From positions 3,534,001-3,598,000 of the forward strand of contig CM030332.1 of NCBI GenBank assembly GCA_017654855.1: a stretch of DNA of 64,000 nt, in the 5' to 3' direction. Within the stretch, counting starts at the first letter, position 1. Each line of letters begins with the position of its first letter. The translations under genes were made by a program, and so were the position numbers. Below, one piece after another: positions 58,401 to 64,000 of this stretch. Source of the stretch: Podospora anserina (taxonomy: Eukaryota). The notes beneath the pieces are model-generated. The model was not told the DNA's origin. It saw only the letters and a list, made by a program, of their open reading frames with translations, and ran no database searches.

Positions 58401-61400
58401 ATGATGGCACTGAGGGGTTTTGAATCTCTTGGACAGGGTGCCAGGTGGAGCTCTGGATCTCTTGAACGTGTTCCGCTAACGAGTTGACTGCCAGAAAGGG
58501 GAAGAGGTGAGGGGCACTAGTGAACGGTTTCGCCTTGTGAATTTGACAGGTGAGGTGAGGTGAGGCTACCTATTCAGCGGAGGTTTTGGCGTGTGGGAGC
58601 TTCCGTATACTGCTGGAAAGTGGTTGACTCGTGGCACGTGGGTGTGTGTTCTCTGCACTGTTATGCCCGCCCCGACGATACCCACGAGCTTGATCAGATG
58701 AGCCACGGGAGGCCATTTAGGCGGTGTTCCTGTCAAGGCCTTTTCAGCAGCTAAGCTGCGGGCTTTCTATTCGCGGGCCGTCGGTGCCAACGATGCAAGT
58801 GAACAATTCTCTGGTCGCACGGGCGCTGGAGAAATGGAAAATAAAGCCGGGTGGCATCATGAGGATCTGCTACCACCATGCCCTTTTTTGCCCGCAAAGC
58901 ATTGAACGCCACTAGATTAGATAGCCAAAGAAGCAACGAAGATGGCAGGCCGATAGACTCACCCCTTCCCACGGGGTCGTTGTCAAGTGTGTCATTGTGA
59001 CAAGACAAGAAAAGTTCCACATGGGACGGACCGGGCTCGTTGAAGCTATCGCTCAGCCGTTTCACCCGCTCATGATATCCATAGCTTGGTCTCCATCAGT
59101 GAATTGCCCGGGGGTCCATCCGAAAGAGTACTTTGGAAAAGGAGGAGGAGCGACATTCCTGGATTTCTTCGTCGACAGATCGGAGCAACGCCGTTATGCC
59201 GCGTGGATGTGCCACACGGCAGCCGCGGTCAGTCTGGAAATCAGTGATTTTTTCGCGAGGGTGTCCGGGGTGTGGCTCGGTGGGTGGGTGTTCTCTTCCC
59301 CGCATTGAAATTGGAGCAAGTGATGACCAATTATGCCATCCTGGACAATGCCGTCTGATGTCGAGCTGGTAGCGACTGATGCGCGTTCCCTGGGTTGGGT
59401 TGGGTAGGAGCAGGCTGACATGCAATGGAGCATCTCCCGTCGGCGCCGTCATCGGCCTTTCTCTCTTTTAGCCGTTATGCCTTCTTGCCTGAACAGGAGG
59501 GTGTCTTTTTGAGGTTTTCGTCTGTGCAACTGAGATCGGGAAGGGCCATCAGTATCTCGGTGGTCTCGGTGAGGAGGAGGTCCAAAGACAGACAAAATTA
59601 GTCCGCTTTCTGTGCCGGGACGGCAGGCTGCAGGCTGACGTGGAGAGGGCATAATTAGTCCCATGATTATCGCAGGCTAAATGTGACAGTGGGATAATAT
59701 TGATGTGATAAGTGGGTTGAGTCTGACAAACTGGGCTAATTAAAAATAGCGGGCATCTGTAAGTGCGGGGTGACAAGCTCCCAAAATTAGCCCACAATAG
59801 TTTGTGGGCAAACTTTTCAAGCTTCCTAATAGAGTAGGACGGCGGCTAAATTGTTCTTGGTCAGCATCACAGTGTCGTCTCGATACTGTAGACTCGACTA
59901 GTCACATTGACGATAAACATGTAGAAGGATCTTTGTTGATGATTCTAGATGAACTGCCTTGGAGATATGCACAGTTGGCTTTGTATAAAAGCTCTGAAGG
60001 ATCCAGCCTCGGCGCTTCTTGTAGATTCTCGAGAGGGTTTGCTTTCTTCCGTCAACATGAACAACCAAGCCGGCAGAATCGAAGTCGAAGCCAGACTTAC
60101 CAAGTACACAGCGAGGTATAGTAAACAGGGCTAAGCCAACAGAGTTTTCTAGCGAGACTGACGATATTCCATTTTCCTATACAAAAAGCCAAGGCTGGTA
60201 TTTGGTGCGTTGAGAACATGGGTCCCCACGACCTTGTCCGCCCAGACCTGGATGTCCTGGCTCTGTCCCGCATAATTGGCCCAAGCTCCTGTGCTTGGCA
60301 CAGTGAACCCTGCTCCCAACCCTGGTCGATCTCAATGCTTGAGCCAATCTGAGCTGGTTGCCGCCCCTCGGGCCGCATGCAGCTATGCACGAGCCACCTG
60401 TAGTCACACTCACCCGACCACACCTCATCGAATCAACTGCGAGAAGCTCGCTTTTGCAGAGATTGACCAACTGCAACACCAGACCACTGACGAGAAAAGT
60501 TCTCCCTGCTACCTCGCGACCTCGCTCTTACGACGGCCCTACACTCTGATCCAGGTACCCTCGGTAACACCCGATTATCTTCCAGGCAAGGACCGCCACG
60601 TCAACCAAACCCGGTGCAGTCCACCGACTGGCTGGGTGAGGCGACCAATCCGGACCATATTGTCACAACGGCCACTTCGATTTGTGAAGTGACCTTTCCG
60701 TGAGGGTATTCCGGACCCAGACAAGACGAACCATGTCGCCTCATCTGATATTTGGGCTCGTCAAAGCCTATAGGGGACTGACAAATCGCTCACCAGAGAC
60801 AGCAAAGGGCAGACAGACCCCTCACTTCCCCAGCTTTTGGCAATCATGTCGCTGCTTCGAGCGATTCTCCGATGGGAAATTGCAAGCTGGGGGCCCGTGG
60901 TTCTGTTGAAAATCATCGATAGGCGTTGAGCGTGGATGAGGCACAAGGCAACGCCCACCACGCACAATTCTTTCTTGTCCTCCATGAAGCGACGTCGACA
61001 GCGTCATGCTTCCCTTCCCGTGGCTTCCTTTTTCTTCAAGCAGAGTCTGTGCCTCACTATGGGCGGATACTGTGTAGCTGCCATTTGCATATGCAACCAT
61101 CTCGATGCCCGTGGGTCGAGGTTGCAGGGAAAGCATGGGGGAGGTCGGCAAGAGGGTGTAGGGCGAACCAGGGGCCCATTGGCCAGCATTGATTCACCCA
61201 CCCGGGCCTGCAAGCTTTTCGGTCCCGGGAGTCGAGTTGTGTCTTGGAGGGCCCGAGTCTGCCTCTGTTCATTGTCATTGTTATCTTGGTGAGGAGTCAG
61301 CATCAAGCGATGCCCTCTCTCATCAGCTGAAGAGAAAGATATCGCTACAAACCTGCGCCATCGACGTTACGTATACAACTCCCGTCGGCCGTCTAGTCTT

Positions 61401-62532
61401 GCCCTCATCAGTCCCGTCCCTCGGTCTGCCCAAACCCGCTCCTAGGGCGGCCGGGTTATCTCAAGCGAGTTAGGCATTGTGCTCTTCTCGAGCTGCATGT
61501 TTCTGCAAGTGGCTGGCCCCCGTACCAATCAACTTTTAATCGCTCGACAGGCTCCCTTGTTCCGCAGAGGGTCGGCCGACGTGGAGAAGGTGCACACCCA
61601 CTTCCGGACCCCATGTCACCATTGTCACCCTCACATGCAATGGCGGGTGGGGTCCATGTTGGCGTCCCCCTTTCCGTTCTCTAGTCATTGGCACCAATAA
61701 GCGCACGTCGTACCCCTGTCTCTCCCATAGTGCGAGCACCACACACAGCAGGCCGAGGGTGACATGTCCCAAAAGAGCACAAGATGCACACATTCACACG
61801 GGACTATGTATGTGGGCTAATAAAGTGAAGTGGGCCAAAAACGGAAAGGAGGTTAATTTTGCCCGCAATGTTCAAAAATAGAACACTGCAAATTCACCCC
61901 AAAGTCGTCAAGACACACAGCCAAGATATAAGAATTAGCCCGCTTCGCTCCCCCCTCCTCCCATTCGTTTCCCCTTCTCTCGAGCAGGTCCCCAAACGAA
62001 GTGAAGAAGTCGGAGTATCCCCAGGTGTTGTCGTCGTCCAGTCCAGTCCAGTCCAACCGACTCTCACCTCTCTCTCTCTCACATTTTTTTTAATTACGCC
62101 TTATTCCACGCCGACCAACCAAGAGAGCTGTGTCTCTACTCGGCATTTCAGCGTTCATTAGCACCCCCATTCCCGATACCAGATAACGCAAGCCGGACTT
62201 GCTTGGATATCCAGTCGTTCTCTCGAAACAAAACAACACGATACAGTAATCTAATACTAGCTCTCTGGTCTGGCAACCATTCCTCCGCGAGGACTTGCTT
62301 TGCTTCACCAGATTTGCCCCCGGACATCTGGACCTTGAACACGAGCGAGGGCACCCCCGGTTCACCTGGTCTCCTCCCGCTCTCCTCGGCCCAGTCCAAG
62401 CCCCACACCCCCCCGGCCCAGCCCTCACACGCCCCCCTTGACCCCCGACCACCTCCGCCCAAGGGTCACCCCCACACCCCTGGTGCTTGTCACTCAACGC
62501 AGGTACTTGGACCTACAGAAGGGTTTATACAA

Positions 62533-64000
62533 ATGTCAACACTACCCCCCAACCACCACGGAGACCTCATGAAATCATCCCAAGTCAACATGGCTACCAC
62601 CACCACGACAACGACGACAACAACAACAACAAAGGCCAAGGCTGCCTCCAAAGCCCAGGCCAGTGCCGCTGCCAACCCCAAGCAAAAGACGCAGATGCAT
62701 CGCCGCTCAAGAACAGGTAAGCTCTCATCTCACTTGCACAGCTCGTTGGCGAGTTCGGAAGCTAACTCTGGTGACACGTAAAGGATGCTATACCTGCAGA
62801 TTAAGAAGAAAAAAGTGCGACGAGGGCTCGCCCATGTGCACTGCCTGCAAGCATCTTGGCCTGGTATGCGAATACAAGCGGCCGATGTGGTGGAGCAACA
62901 ACGATGCGCGGAGGAAGCACAAGGACGACATCAAGATGATCATCAAGCGCAAGAAGCTTTCCGAGAAGTCAACACACAGCATCCAGACCTCGGTCAACTC
63001 ACCGCCAGGTCTCTCTCACTCGCTCCCAACCTCTGCTACCTTCTCCGACCCCTTCGACCGCACCCGATCGCAGTCGATTGATTCGCAGTTTGCTTTCAAC
63101 TTCAACAGCCCACAAAGCGACTTCAGCTCCTTCAGCGCGCCACAGATGCACCCCGACTTTTTGTTTGCTCCGTACTCGCCCTATGAGATTGACGTCAAGA
63201 CGGAGAGGCAAATGTTCATCAACGACATCCCAACCCTCAGAGAGTCAACAACAGCCACTTTCAGCACCTACCAGACCCCTCCGCCACCGGGAACAGTCCT
63301 CCCCCAGTTCCCTCTGGAAGGCGAATGGACGGAGCAGGTGTACACGGAGCGGAGGGAGTCATTGGCCGAGGAGACGCTCAACGTCAACTTCTTTGACTTT
63401 GCCCAGGGACCTTCGGTGTCTTCCAGGCAAGTCGCGATTGAGCTGGACGAAGGCGATCAGCGCTTGTTTGATCACTTCATCTCGTCGGTTCTTCCCACCA
63501 TCTTCCCCATCCTCGAGTCGAACCAGCATGGATCCATCAGCTCCGACCTCATCCTCCCGGCGCTGGAGAGCAACAAGGGCTACCTGCACTGCTGCTTGAG
63601 CATCGCCGCTCAGCACTACAAGGCCGCCATGGGTCTTGAGGGTGAGGAGATTGATGGCGACATCATGCGCCACCGCTACGCGACCATCTCTGCTCTGTGC
63701 GAAGCCCTCGCACGCGACGAGGACCACCAGCAGATTCTGGAGGCCGCCCTCGGGCTTATCTTCTTCCAATGCGGCGTCGGCCGCTTCGACGACACGCTGC
63801 CCGACATTCCCTGGCACCAGCACTTCCAAGCCGCCATCTCGTTGGTGCAGAAGCTCGACCTCCCGCGCATCGTCTCGGACCCTAACGAGCCTTTGACTCA
63901 GGCCCCCTTCAACATGACCCTCACCGCGTGGATTGACATTCTCGGCGCCACCATGCTCGGTCGCGCTCCCGCTTTCGCCCACACCTACCGCGAGAAGCAC
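62533..64000 (+). CDS. pro1: Zn(II)2Cys6 transcription factor PRO1/ADV-1/NosA (fruiting-body development and cell fusion); intron 62717-62783; 3' end beyond the window
   Basis: MSTLPPNHH...KQKTQMHRRSRTG|CYTCRLRRKKCDEGSPMCTACKHLGLVCEYKRPMWW. Then YEIDVKTERQMFINDIPT and IPWHQHF...FNMTLTAWIDILGATM, matching PRO1-family sequence. Intron GTAAGC...GCTAAC...AAG. Confidence 0.95.

Noticed and set aside
59320-59379. Box C/D snoRNA (GTGATGA...CTGA...CTGA)
   Set aside because: Only about 60 nt, no C' box, and no recognisable rRNA complementarity.
1-64000. CRISPR array, intact transposon or Starship, NLR/het or Spok genes, secondary-metabolite cluster
   Set aside because: No repeat-spacer periodicity, and no transposase, RT, tyrosine recombinase, NACHT/HET or PKS/NRPS motifs in any frame I could read.

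Overview
Gene-dense euchromatic window from a filamentous ascomycete. It is most likely Sordariales (Podospora-like), judging by protein identities, short GT-AG introns with CTAAC/CTGAC branch sites, and codon style. About 15 protein-coding genes can be reconstructed, most of them spliced. In order: secreted aspartic protease, WSS1, SHR3, pyridoxal-reductase-type AKR, DUF202 membrane protein, Hcs1/IGHMBP2-type SF1 helicase, a disordered coiled-coil protein, TAF2, a protein with a degenerate nuclease-like C-terminus, SAS4, a PAS hybrid histidine kinase, an aromatic-aldehyde dehydrogenase, a Cys-rich single-pass membrane protein, a SAM+PH protein, and the Zn2Cys6 factor PRO1/ADV-1 (cut by the window end). 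There is also one SDR pseudogene. I see no tRNA, rRNA, CRISPR array or intact transposon. The most unusual signal is in the helicase gene: two oversized introns (546 and 212 nt) flank the motif V-VI exon, one is heavily base-paired with a duplicated motif series, and each can bury a splice site in a stem. Other leads: a 176-codon stop-free, ATG-free in-frame leader on pro1; a 21-bp tandem/inverted repeat with transition-type divergence; a C-rich to G-rich polarity along nearly every gene; telomeric-type promoter motifs; and candidate PRO1 sites. All RNA structures were paired by eye, not computed.
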